A stretch of DNA of 64,000 nt from a virus: IMG/VR virus record IMGVR_UViG_3300029953_000001. The stretch is one strand, 5' to 3'. Below the pieces are notes generated by a model. That model was not told the DNA's origin and searched no databases. It was given only the letters and a program-made list of their open reading frames with translations. Both the position numbers and the translations under genes were made by a program. Positions 28,825 through 36,007 of the stretch are shown piece by piece. Position 1 is the first letter of the stretch. Every line of letters starts with the position of its first letter.

Positions 28825-28853
28825 GTTCAAATGGAGTCGGTTATTGGTATACT
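28825..28853 (+). promoter_or_regulatory. promoter, GTTCA-N12-TATTGGTATACTGTGC (extended -10 TGGTATACT)
   Basis: Shares a 16-nt exact core TATTGGTATACTGTGC with the element at 51041..51069, including the spaced upstream GTTCA. Directly downstream of the terminator and 90 nt upstream of ATG 28943. Confidence 0.6.
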
Positions 28854-28942
28854 GTGCGTGTCGTACCGAAGCGACAAAAAACTTTCGGTAATTTGCCGGC
28901 CCAAATCGAAGCGGCATAATACTTCAGGGCTAAGAGGTAGAA

Positions 28943-30196
28943 ATGAGTCTTCTTGCTACAATTAGCAGTGTAGAAAAGGGGCGTCGTGAGGTAAACCTCA
29001 ACGATGCCAATCGTTGCACGTGGGAGTGCCTCGTACCTGTCGAGCAGATTAACAAGCTCGATGTCACTCAGATTCCGTGGGCTAACATTCGTGTTGGCTA
29101 TAACAAGGACGGATACAAGTCCCCCTTCGCGAAGGAAATTCGGGATTCCCTGTACCTGCGTGATGGGAATTTTGACTCTCAGCACAAGGGCATCCGCATC
29201 ATCGCCGATAGTGCCAACCTCAACGACGGTAAGCTCACCATCAACTTCGGTACTCAGGCAAAGGTGGGTAACTTCAACACCAACACCCGTGGTCTCGGAG
29301 ATGGGGGAACCACGGTTCGTCTTATCAGCGAAGCGTTACGCGATGCGGCGGAGCCTTTCATTCAGGGCGAGTCGAAGCAGTATGTCCGGCTTTTCGTGTA
29401 CTGTGGCAACTACTCCAAGGAAGATACCTCCTCGATGGTCGAGGCGTGGAACACCGGCATGAACGCCAAGTCCTCGGACATGCTGAACTACCAGAAGAGG
29501 TTCGACGGTCTCAAGAAGATGCTGGACGGTAAGCCTTTTGGATTGACCCTCCCTAAGTCCGGTGTTCGCAAGTTCCCCTCAGTTAGCTACTACACGGGTG
29601 AGAACGCCGACTATGACATCACCGAAATCGTGCAGTTTGGCTGTCTGTTCGCCATGGACTCCGCCCGGACTGCATATACCGGCGTGGGGGGTTGCCTCTC
29701 GTTTTTTGAGAAGGAGGCAGCGAAGTTCAAGAGGGTACAGCCGCTCCTTTTCGACATCATTTACCTGTACGAGTCCATCATCAGCGAACTGCCTGAGTTG
29801 TATAACGGGACGGGTAAGAACGGGGGTGGGTTGGGTCGTTTCTTGGCCACGCGCCCTGTGGCTGCTGGTTCCAAGAGCCCCACTAACCTCCCCTTCGTTG
29901 GACGGGATGTTCCGTTCACTCCTCACAAGATGTGGGCTTTCCCGATGTTGGCGGCGTTCCGGGGTGCTATTGACTCGGATGCGGAGGACATCGGATGGCT
30001 CGTCAACCCCTTGGAACTCTTCCGTGCGGAGGGTGCCAATGTGTACAAGGAGATTTTGAAGACCTCAGATGTCTACGCTTCGGACTCCTTCAACATTGGA
30101 CGTGACAGTAATTTGTACGGAAACTTGCAGAACATGGTCGGTCGTGCTGCGGAGAAGGCCTACCGTAAGGGACTCTACCCTATCTCCGGTCGGTAA
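28943..30196 (+). CDS. ParB/DndB-like (DGQHR-like motif) protein, 417 aa
   Basis: RBS AAGAGGTAG. N-terminal region contains LYLRDGNFDSQHKGIRIIAD, resembling the DGQHR signature of DndB/DpdB-type ParB-fold proteins (G->S, R->K). Family assignment is a judgement from the motif only. Confidence 0.55.
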   Translation: MSLLATISSVEKGRREVNLNDANRCTWECLVPVEQINKLDVTQIPWANIRVGYNKDGYKSPFAKEIRDSLYLRDGNFDSQHKGIRIIADSANLNDGKLTINFGTQAKVGNFNTNTRGLGDGGTTVRLISEALRDAAEPFIQGESKQYVRLFVYCGNYSKEDTSSMVEAWNTGMNAKSSDMLNYQKRFDGLKKMLDGKPFGLTLPKSGVRKFPSVSYYTGENADYDITEIVQFGCLFAMDSARTAYTGVGGCLSFFEKEAAKFKRVQPLLFDIIYLYESIISELPELYNGTGKNGGGLGRFLATRPVAAGSKSPTNLPFVGRDVPFTPHKMWAFPMLAAFRGAIDSDAEDIGWLVNPLELFRAEGANVYKEILKTSDVYASDSFNIGRDSNLYGNLQNMVGRAAEKAYRKGLYPISGR

Positions 30197-30197
30197 C

Positions 30198-31022
30198 TCA
30201 TCGTTTGCAAATGTGAATCGCGGGGAGGTTATCTCCCCGCGATTCACATTGAATTGGAACCCCGGCTAACTTCAGTTCGGTGATGGAGTCGGCTACTCTC
30301 TTTTTCCTCCACGCAGCACGTGACTTAGCAAGCAGCTTCTCTTCTGGTGTGATGCTTCGCCACGAGGACTTGTACTCACACACCTGAGGTTCGGTGTAGG
30401 GTTTTATCCACTTGCAGAGCACAATCTTCTTGGAGACATCTTCACGATTGAAGGGGTTGCCGCGTAGTCCTCCCGTCAGCCCCTTCCCTACGTGGTTCTT
30501 TGTGTTTCCCGATGTTTCCCCTACTCGCTCCCAGTTGTCCGCAATGTAGAGCCCCCCTACACGCTGCGTAGTGGCGTCTAGCTCTGCGTACTCCACGAAG
30601 GTCTCAAACCCGTAAGGCTTCACCCCGTACAGAGCTTCCCAATCCTTGACGACAATCTTACGCCACATGGCAACAATTCTGGACGCCAGATTGGGTTCAT
30701 GTAGCTCCAGTCGGAACAGAGTGTTGTCGATGATACCGTTGATGACCTTCTCGCGGTTCTCCTTGGTTATATGGAAGAACTTGTCTCGCACGCTCGTAGC
30801 ATAGACAGCGGAGCCGCCAGAGATAGCTCCGACGTTCTGCCAGCCATCTACAGTCTCGTACCAAATGAGATAGTGAATCTGCTGTCCATGGTGCCCACGA
30901 ACATCACCCACGGCCTTCGACTTATCCGTCCGACCATCGGCGGACATCTTACGCACGTAGTGATTCTTCTCGAACACCTTGATGTCCGAACTACTACAGA
31001 ACTGAAAGAACAGTCGCTTCAC
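30198..31022 (-). CDS. hypothetical protein (274 aa), last gene of 4-gene accessory operon
   Basis: ORF overlapping upstream gene by 4 nt (ATGA coupling). No confident motif; C-terminal Cys/His cluster. Confidence 0.6.
   Translation of the reverse strand: MKRLFFQFCSSSDIKVFEKNHYVRKMSADGRTDKSKAVGDVRGHHGQQIHYLIWYETVDGWQNVGAISGGSAVYATSVRDKFFHITKENREKVINGIIDNTLFRLELHEPNLASRIVAMWRKIVVKDWEALYGVKPYGFETFVEYAELDATTQRVGGLYIADNWERVGETSGNTKNHVGKGLTGGLRGNPFNREDVSKKIVLCKWIKPYTEPQVCEYKSSWRSITPEEKLLAKSRAAWRKKRVADSITELKLAGVPIQCESRGDNLPAIHICKR
30208..30252. repeat. 20-bp perfect inverted repeat (hairpin, loop GTTAT) at the convergent junction of the 417 aa gene and the 4-gene minus operon
   Basis: CAAATGTGAATCGCGGGGAG-GTTAT-CTCCCCGCGATTCACATTTG read directly from the sequence. 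Lies in the last 18 codons of the 274 aa ORF; no U-tract on either side. Confidence 0.8.
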
Positions 31023-31711
31023 TTTTTCAACCCTTCATCAAAGAACACTTTCTGGCTGTCAGGGATAAACGTTCGGATTTTATCCGGGTCTTGAGGGCTA
31101 CGGAGAGTGAACCCATGCTCCACTAATGCCCAAAACATCTGATGGCGACTAATCAATCCCACTCGTTCGGTCTGTTGTAATGCAATAGAGTCTGGGATGT
31201 TGTCCGTGGGGATGAAGTGAATATTGACCTCTACCGCCCACTTAGCCTCAGGCGCGATGTTATATAATCCCTTTGTAGGGACGATGGTTTCACCCGTAAG
31301 AGAATGGTAATGATTGACAACCACATCATCGTACTTCGGTGGGGCTTCGAGGTAGAAGTGTACCTGTCCCGGCCCTACAAGGTATCCAAGGAACCGGGCT
31401 AAGTTACCCTCGCTGTCCCATACGAGCTTGTCAATGCTCAGGAACCCTGGACGCTTACGTTGTTCGATTTCCGCTTTAAGAGCAATCTCACGGAGAATGT
31501 TTTTGGTCATTTCCCGCTTGGCTTGAAAAGCGAAGGTTCTCTGGGAACCATCGGTGTATTCAACAATAACCTTGTCTCCGGGGGTGTCAATGCTGACCAC
31601 TTTGAATTCTCGGTCGGAGTAGTTAGGGCCTGTACGGTCTATACCTATACTTCCCACAGTAAATGTGTTGTCGTTCATTCTCTGAAATACTGTTACAGGA
31701 GCTTTCCCCAC
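31019..31711 (-). CDS. hypothetical protein (230 aa), accessory operon gene 3
   Basis: ORF overlapping both neighbours; no recognisable motif. Confidence 0.6.
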   Translation of the reverse strand: MGKAPVTVFQRMNDNTFTVGSIGIDRTGPNYSDREFKVVSIDTPGDKVIVEYTDGSQRTFAFQAKREMTKNILREIALKAEIEQRKRPGFLSIDKLVWDSEGNLARFLGYLVGPGQVHFYLEAPPKYDDVVVNHYHSLTGETIVPTKGLYNIAPEAKWAVEVNIHFIPTDNIPDSIALQQTERVGLISRHQMFWALVEHGFTLRSPQDPDKIRTFIPDSQKVFFDEGLKK

Positions 31712-32280
31712 CGCTGTTTTTTCATAAAAGTAATAGGGGTAATCTCATGACCATTGGGTCGGTTCGTTCGTTTACCTTGTGGGGTTCCTCCACATCCAGT
31801 TTTCTCCAGAACCCAACCTGCGGCTCTAAGACTGGTACCGGGCTCTGTTTCAAGAATGTAGGTTTGAATTTTTCTGTAGCCCATCGTTTTGGCGATACGA
31901 GTACAGGCACTGTAGAGAAGGCTACAGACGTTATCTGTACCATTTGTGACCAGTCGGCAGACTTCGAGGGTAAGCCCGTCGTCAAGAGCCATACAGGCAG
32001 GTCTCATACAAATAGCGGCACCCACCAACTTACCCTCTTTGGAGCAACCGATAGAAAACTTGGCGACTCGAATGGGCTTGTGGTGACGGTGTAGTTGGTC
32101 AACCAGTTCGTTAGCTTGGCGCAAATGGAGTGGTACGACTGTAAGCTTGGCTGCTTGTCTTATGGCTCGGGCGGCTTTTACTTCTACCCGTTTCCTATAG
32201 GCTCGTTGTGCTGCGGCGTGGTCTTTATGAATCTTAGGACGACCGACTTTACCCTTTGGTGATTTAATTAGTTTCATCAC
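31693..32280 (-). CDS. hypothetical DNA-binding protein (195 aa) with N-terminal AT-hook-like basic segment, accessory operon gene 2
   Basis: N-terminus KSPKGKVGRPKIHKD (GRP AT-hook core) and Arg/Lys-rich helix; globular C-terminal domain of unknown fold. Confidence 0.55.
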   Translation of the reverse strand: MMKLIKSPKGKVGRPKIHKDHAAAQRAYRKRVEVKAARAIRQAAKLTVVPLHLRQANELVDQLHRHHKPIRVAKFSIGCSKEGKLVGAAICMRPACMALDDGLTLEVCRLVTNGTDNVCSLLYSACTRIAKTMGYRKIQTYILETEPGTSLRAAGWVLEKTGCGGTPQGKRTNRPNGHEITPITFMKKQRWGKLL

Positions 32281-32746
32281 TTTGAGAGTTTGTTTTCCTG
32301 CACACGTGCTTAGCCTGTTGTTTTTCTATCCAAGCTATGAATACTTCTTCTCTTAGTGAGAATGTATGGGGAGAGAACGTGGGTAGGTCTTCCCCCTTAT
32401 AGGAAGTGAGGTCGAACCTCTTAAGTTCAGGTTGATGGTAAACGAAGTAGGCAGGAACCCCTAGAATACGAGCCATGTTCCGAACGTATGTCGAGTGGCG
32501 ATAGGCCCACAGTGGGCCCTTGTTCTGACGTTTTACCTCCCAAAGCAAAATCGGAAGGTTGCACATTGGGCATATGGGTACTACGTCGAAGTCACATGCG
32601 CGAATACCCTTAGGTTTCCGCATTGTGGCAGAGAAATCCAAGTCTCGGTCACCAGTTCGTTCCACATTGTTTTTAGTACCAACCATAAACTGAGAAGCCC
32701 TTGACTCACAGAAATTTGGAGCGGGTGGGTGGCTTCGACACCCCAT
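32264..32746 (-). CDS. PD-(D/E)xK nuclease, VRR-NUC-like (160 aa; alternative start at Met21, 32686), accessory operon gene 1
   Basis: Core GIRACDFDVVPICPMCNLPILLWEVKRQ matches D-x(n)-(hydrophobic)-E-x-K with a preceding beta-strand Asp, as in VRR-NUC (PDL...EVK). RBS TAAGGA before ATG 32746. Confidence 0.55.
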   Translation of the reverse strand: MGCRSHPPAPNFCESRASQFMVGTKNNVERTGDRDLDFSATMRKPKGIRACDFDVVPICPMCNLPILLWEVKRQNKGPLWAYRHSTYVRNMARILGVPAYFVYHQPELKRFDLTSYKGEDLPTFSPHTFSLREEVFIAWIEKQQAKHVCRKTNSQSDETN

Positions 32747-32772
32747 TCCTTATGGTGGAATTCCGTAAGGTC

Positions 32773-32801
32773 TTACTTAGATGACACCCGCTATGTATAA
32801 T
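32773..32801 (+). promoter_or_regulatory. promoter: -35 TTACTT, 17 nt, extended -10 TGTATAAT
   Basis: TGTATAAT at 32794..32801; same element recurs at 61743. RBS AGAGGAAAG and ATG 32835 follow. Confidence 0.5.
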
Positions 32802-32834
32802 ACTGATTATCCCCTCCACTAATAGAGGAAAGAT

Positions 32835-33215
32835 ATGCAATTTGTCTCTAAGTTTCTCCAAGCCGCAGTCACAGCCGACCTCAATCAGCTACGCGAATAC
32901 GCCAAGCAGGTTGTTGCGGGAGGCGTAGTCAAGCACGTGTATCTCATCGGGAGTACGGCGGCACGAGGTACAGGTCAGGACATCGACATACTCTATGACT
33001 TTGGAGATGCAGGTCTGGACAGAGATGAGGCGACCGCGACTGAGCAGCTTGAACAACTGGTTGAGAGTACCAGTATAGACTCTGACAGCTATGACTCCTT
33101 CTACAAGGTAGATGGTAGGTTCTTCCACCTGTCCTGTGGGGCCGGACGGTGCATCATTGAAAACACAGACTACGGAAAGGAACAGCAGGGTAAGCCTATG
33201 GTGACTCTAGCTTGA
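32835..33215 (+). CDS. minimal nucleotidyltransferase (MNT, pol-beta superfamily), 126 aa
   Basis: HVYLIGSTAARGTGQDIDILYD matches the hG[GS]x9-13Dh[DE]h NTase motif. No adjacent HEPN partner. Confidence 0.7.
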   Translation: MQFVSKFLQAAVTADLNQLREYAKQVVAGGVVKHVYLIGSTAARGTGQDIDILYDFGDAGLDRDEATATEQLEQLVESTSIDSDSYDSFYKVDGRFFHLSCGAGRCIIENTDYGKEQQGKPMVTLA

Positions 33216-33351
33216 AACTCACACTCATGCTGTTGACCGTATTCCTCGTCGGTCAGACCGCCCGTCAAACCGGGCCGGTGGCTCATGACCGCACGCCGCA
33301 CATACCGAGCCACCAGCACTCACACAAAAAATAGGTTTCTGACCCATAGGT

Positions 33352-34002
33352 ATGGGTCAGTTTTATGTCTATGAATACCTGCGTTCTGATGGTACCCCTT
33401 ACTACATAGGTAAGGGTAAGGAGGCTCGTGCCTTTCATCCTTACTACAGGGCTGTAGCCACCCCCAAGGACAAGGAACGTATCCGTTTTGTAGCTACGGA
33501 ACTATCTGAACCGGATGCTCTACAAGCTGAGATGTTTCTTATCTTCATGCATGGGCGTAAGGATAAGAGAACCGGGTGCCTTCGTAATTTGACCGATGGG
33601 GGGGAGGGTACTTCGGGGCATACCCACACTGATGAGTGGAAACTAGCTGCGTCGAAGAGAATGAAGGGGCACATAAAATCCCCACTTACTTGTAGTCGAA
33701 TAAGCAGTGCTAAGAAGGGTAAACCTGTCAGCCTAGCTCAAAAACAGAGTATATCAAGAGCCCTCAAAGGGCGGCTGTTCAGTGATGATACCCGCCAACT
33801 AATTTCTGCTGCAAAACGTAATGTCCCCCTTCCTTCAATGCGAGGGTCAGGAAACCCTCGTGCCAAAGTAACCGATGTTGATGTCATTGCGATTCGCAAC
33901 GGTAGTTTGAAGGAAAGAACTGCCCGAGAAAACCTCGGACTATCCCATACCCAATTTTACCGTTTGAAAAGAGGAGAACAATGGCAATTACAATCGACGT
34001 GA
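33352..34002 (+). CDS. GIY-YIG homing endonuclease with NUMOD3 DNA-binding repeats (216 aa)
   Basis: FYVYEYLRSDGTPYYIGKGK (GIY-x-YIG). C-terminal repeats RISSAKKGKPVSLAQKQSISRALKGRLFSDDTRQLIS are NUMOD3-like. 3' end overlaps the endolysin start by 22 nt. Confidence 0.8.
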   Translation: MGQFYVYEYLRSDGTPYYIGKGKEARAFHPYYRAVATPKDKERIRFVATELSEPDALQAEMFLIFMHGRKDKRTGCLRNLTDGGEGTSGHTHTDEWKLAASKRMKGHIKSPLTCSRISSAKKGKPVSLAQKQSISRALKGRLFSDDTRQLISAAKRNVPLPSMRGSGNPRAKVTDVDVIAIRNGSLKERTARENLGLSHTQFYRLKRGEQWQLQST

Positions 34003-34475
34003 AACTGAAGACTTTTCTTTCACTTATAAGTTGGAGCGAAGGAACGAGCATCGCCCCTCTCACCAAGAACCTTGGCTACGATGTCATCGTTACCGGCATC
34101 CACGGCCCCTCTGTGTTCACCGACTACACCGACCACCCGTTCGCCCATGGTGGCTCCGTGCAGTTCCACTTGAACCCACCTGAGTTCTCAACCGCTGCTG
34201 GCCGTTATCAGGTTCTGGCTCATTACTTTGAGGCGTACAAGGCACAGCTTGGACTCCCTGATTTCTCACCAGCATCGCAGGACAGGGTTGCCATTCAGCA
34301 AATCTCTGAACGCAATTCCATCCACTTGATTGAGCAGGGCAACATCGCGGGAGCCATCACGGCGTGCTCCAACATTTGGGCATCGTTCCCCGGCAATGAC
34401 TATGGACAGGGCGGTCACTCACTTGCCGGTCTGGTCGCCAAGTACACCGCTGACCTAGCCGCTCTTGGCGGCTAG
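33981..34475 (+). CDS. R: endolysin, lambda R-like lytic transglycosylase (164 aa)
   Basis: Collinear match to remembered phage lambda R: FLSLISWSEGT / GYDVIV / FTDYTDHP / AAGRYQ / LGLPDFSP.SQD.VAIQQISER / CSNIWASFPG. Confidence 0.85.
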   Translation: MAITIDVKLKTFLSLISWSEGTSIAPLTKNLGYDVIVTGIHGPSVFTDYTDHPFAHGGSVQFHLNPPEFSTAAGRYQVLAHYFEAYKAQLGLPDFSPASQDRVAIQQISERNSIHLIEQGNIAGAITACSNIWASFPGNDYGQGGHSLAGLVAKYTADLAALGG

Positions 34476-34587
34476 TTCCTTAGGGGGAGTTGCGGTGCAG
34501 CCGCACTCTTCTCCCCCGCAGTCCCCGATGTAGAAGCACCATTAGCCGTTATGCCTGTCCCAGTCGTGTCCGCACTTCGGACATGCT

Positions 34588-34911
34588 TCAGGCTGGTCGG
34601 TCGTAGAGCCCATTACCCGGCCCTCTGTCCTCGTCACGAGTAATTACGGTTCCGTAATCTCTGCGTTCGGGGATAGGGCTGGAGTCCTTGTCAGCCCTTT
34701 CGATAGCTACAGTCGCTACCGGCACACCGGCAATGTCTCCCGTCGCAACCTTCGCAACCTGTGTGTCATCCACCGTTCGTGCCAGCTTGAGAGCCTGATA
34801 CAGATGGTAGATGGCAAGACCCTCTTCAGGGTTGATACCTGCTCCTGCGTGTACGTGAACCACCCGGTTCAGGTACTCATACAGGTCATCTTGCAACATG
34901 ATAATCTTCAT
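34588..34911 (-). CDS. hypothetical protein (107 aa)
   Basis: ORF coupled (4-nt overlap) to upstream 77 aa ORF; no motif. Confidence 0.45.
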   Translation of the reverse strand: MKIIMLQDDLYEYLNRVVHVHAGAGINPEEGLAIYHLYQALKLARTVDDTQVAKVATGDIAGVPVATVAIERADKDSSPIPERRDYGTVITRDEDRGPGNGLYDRPA

Positions 34912-35141
34912 ACGTTTCCGCCTGTGAACCGGTCAAGTGAGTTGAGGGCCTTGATAGCCATGGCTGCGACCTGAATCAACTCAGCACGCAATGCTACCTT
35001 GCTCCGGTCTTTCTGTTTTTGTTTGGTGATGTCCCACACTTCATCTAGCTCTTCAAGAATGACCGAGTATGCTTCATGGAGATTGAAAAACTTCTCTCCA
35101 TGACGCTTAGCTCGTGTGAGTTCCCGGTCTGTCCTTGGCAA
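34908..35141 (-). CDS. hypothetical protein (77 aa)
   Basis: Small helical charged ORF downstream of the 3D-domain gene. Confidence 0.4.
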   Translation of the reverse strand: MPRTDRELTRAKRHGEKFFNLHEAYSVILEELDEVWDITKQKQKDRSKVALRAELIQVAAMAIKALNSLDRFTGGNV

Positions 35142-35200
35142 GCTTAGGGCTGATGTTGTCTAGGGTAGGATACCCTCTTGTATTAGTCGCCATTGAAACC

Positions 35201-35788
35201 TCAATAGCTACTAATACTGCTCCTGAAGGGTGAGTTCACCATAGATATATTCACGGCTGTAAAGTCATTTCTCCGACCCCAGAGCCATGCTTGCCTTTCA
35301 TCAGAAAAGTACACATCCACAACAGGCCGAGACTCTCCGGGCATAATATCCACGAACCGGGCGATGGTCTTCTTGTGACTGTGTTTTTGAACAAGAACAA
35401 TGAGGTCGTTCATGTGGGCGTGTAGATGGCTCTGTGCCGCTGGGGACAGGGCAACGTATACGACCGCATTCTCAGGCAGCGTATGTTGGGCAACTGCATA
35501 GACGTGTTCCACGCTTCTTCCGTTCGCGAACTTGGCGTTCGGCGACGATGACTTGGTGTAAGCGGTCACCTGTACTGGCGTCTGATTTTTTTCGAGGAAC
35601 CCCAGTTTACCTTCAGCAACCGCGAGGCGGGTTTGGACTTGCTTCAACTGGGTCTGGGAGAGATTGAGGTCTTGCTGGGTTTGAGTGAGTTGACACACGA
35701 GGGCATGATTCTGCTGATGCAGAACCTCAACCATCGTGCAAAATGCAACAGAGATGAATAGAGCTAAAATTAGCTTGAGTTTGTTCAT
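35201..35788 (-). CDS. secreted/membrane-anchored coiled-coil protein with C-terminal 3D (MltA-like) domain, lysis-module associated (195 aa)
   Basis: N-terminal hydrophobic segment LKLILALFISVAFC. Q/L-rich coiled coil. C-terminus GRSVEHVYAVAQHTLPENAVVYV...FVDIMPGESRPVVDVYFSDERQAWLWGRRN resembles the 3D domain (…IDxYF….A..FGRR). Confidence 0.55.
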   Translation of the reverse strand: MNKLKLILALFISVAFCTMVEVLHQQNHALVCQLTQTQQDLNLSQTQLKQVQTRLAVAEGKLGFLEKNQTPVQVTAYTKSSSPNAKFANGRSVEHVYAVAQHTLPENAVVYVALSPAAQSHLHAHMNDLIVLVQKHSHKKTIARFVDIMPGESRPVVDVYFSDERQAWLWGRRNDFTAVNISMVNSPFRSSISSY

Positions 35789-35922
35789 AGCGAGTGTGGG
35801 TTGTTCGGACTACTGACAATGCGCTCGTATAACTCCTTTCGCCATCTAAGTAGAATACCAGAGGGGCTGGGGTTTGAATACATAAAACGTTATGTGGTTT
35901 AGATACAGTAGGTTACCTGCAC

Positions 35923-35958
35923 CAAAAAATAAAAGAGACGCCTCCCGTGTGGGAGGCG
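35923..35958 (-). terminator. rho-independent terminator for the tail gene block (minus strand)
   Basis: Minus strand reads CGCCTCCC-ACAC-GGGAGGCG followed by TCTCTTTTATTTTTTGG. Confidence 0.75.
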
Positions 35959-36007
35959 AGGCTCTACCTAATGATTAGATAGTCCCGAAATTATAAACTA
36001 CTTAGAT

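Noticed and set aside
30065-30269. Two mirror-image small ORFs (30065..30247 minus, 30069..30269 plus)
   Set aside because: Generated by the 20-bp perfect palindrome at 30208..30252; they overlap the ends of the convergent real genes.
34566-34583. Hairpin TGTCCG-CACTT-CGGACA downstream of the 107 aa minus-strand ORF, considered as a terminator
   Set aside because: No U-tract on either strand; 6-bp stem only.
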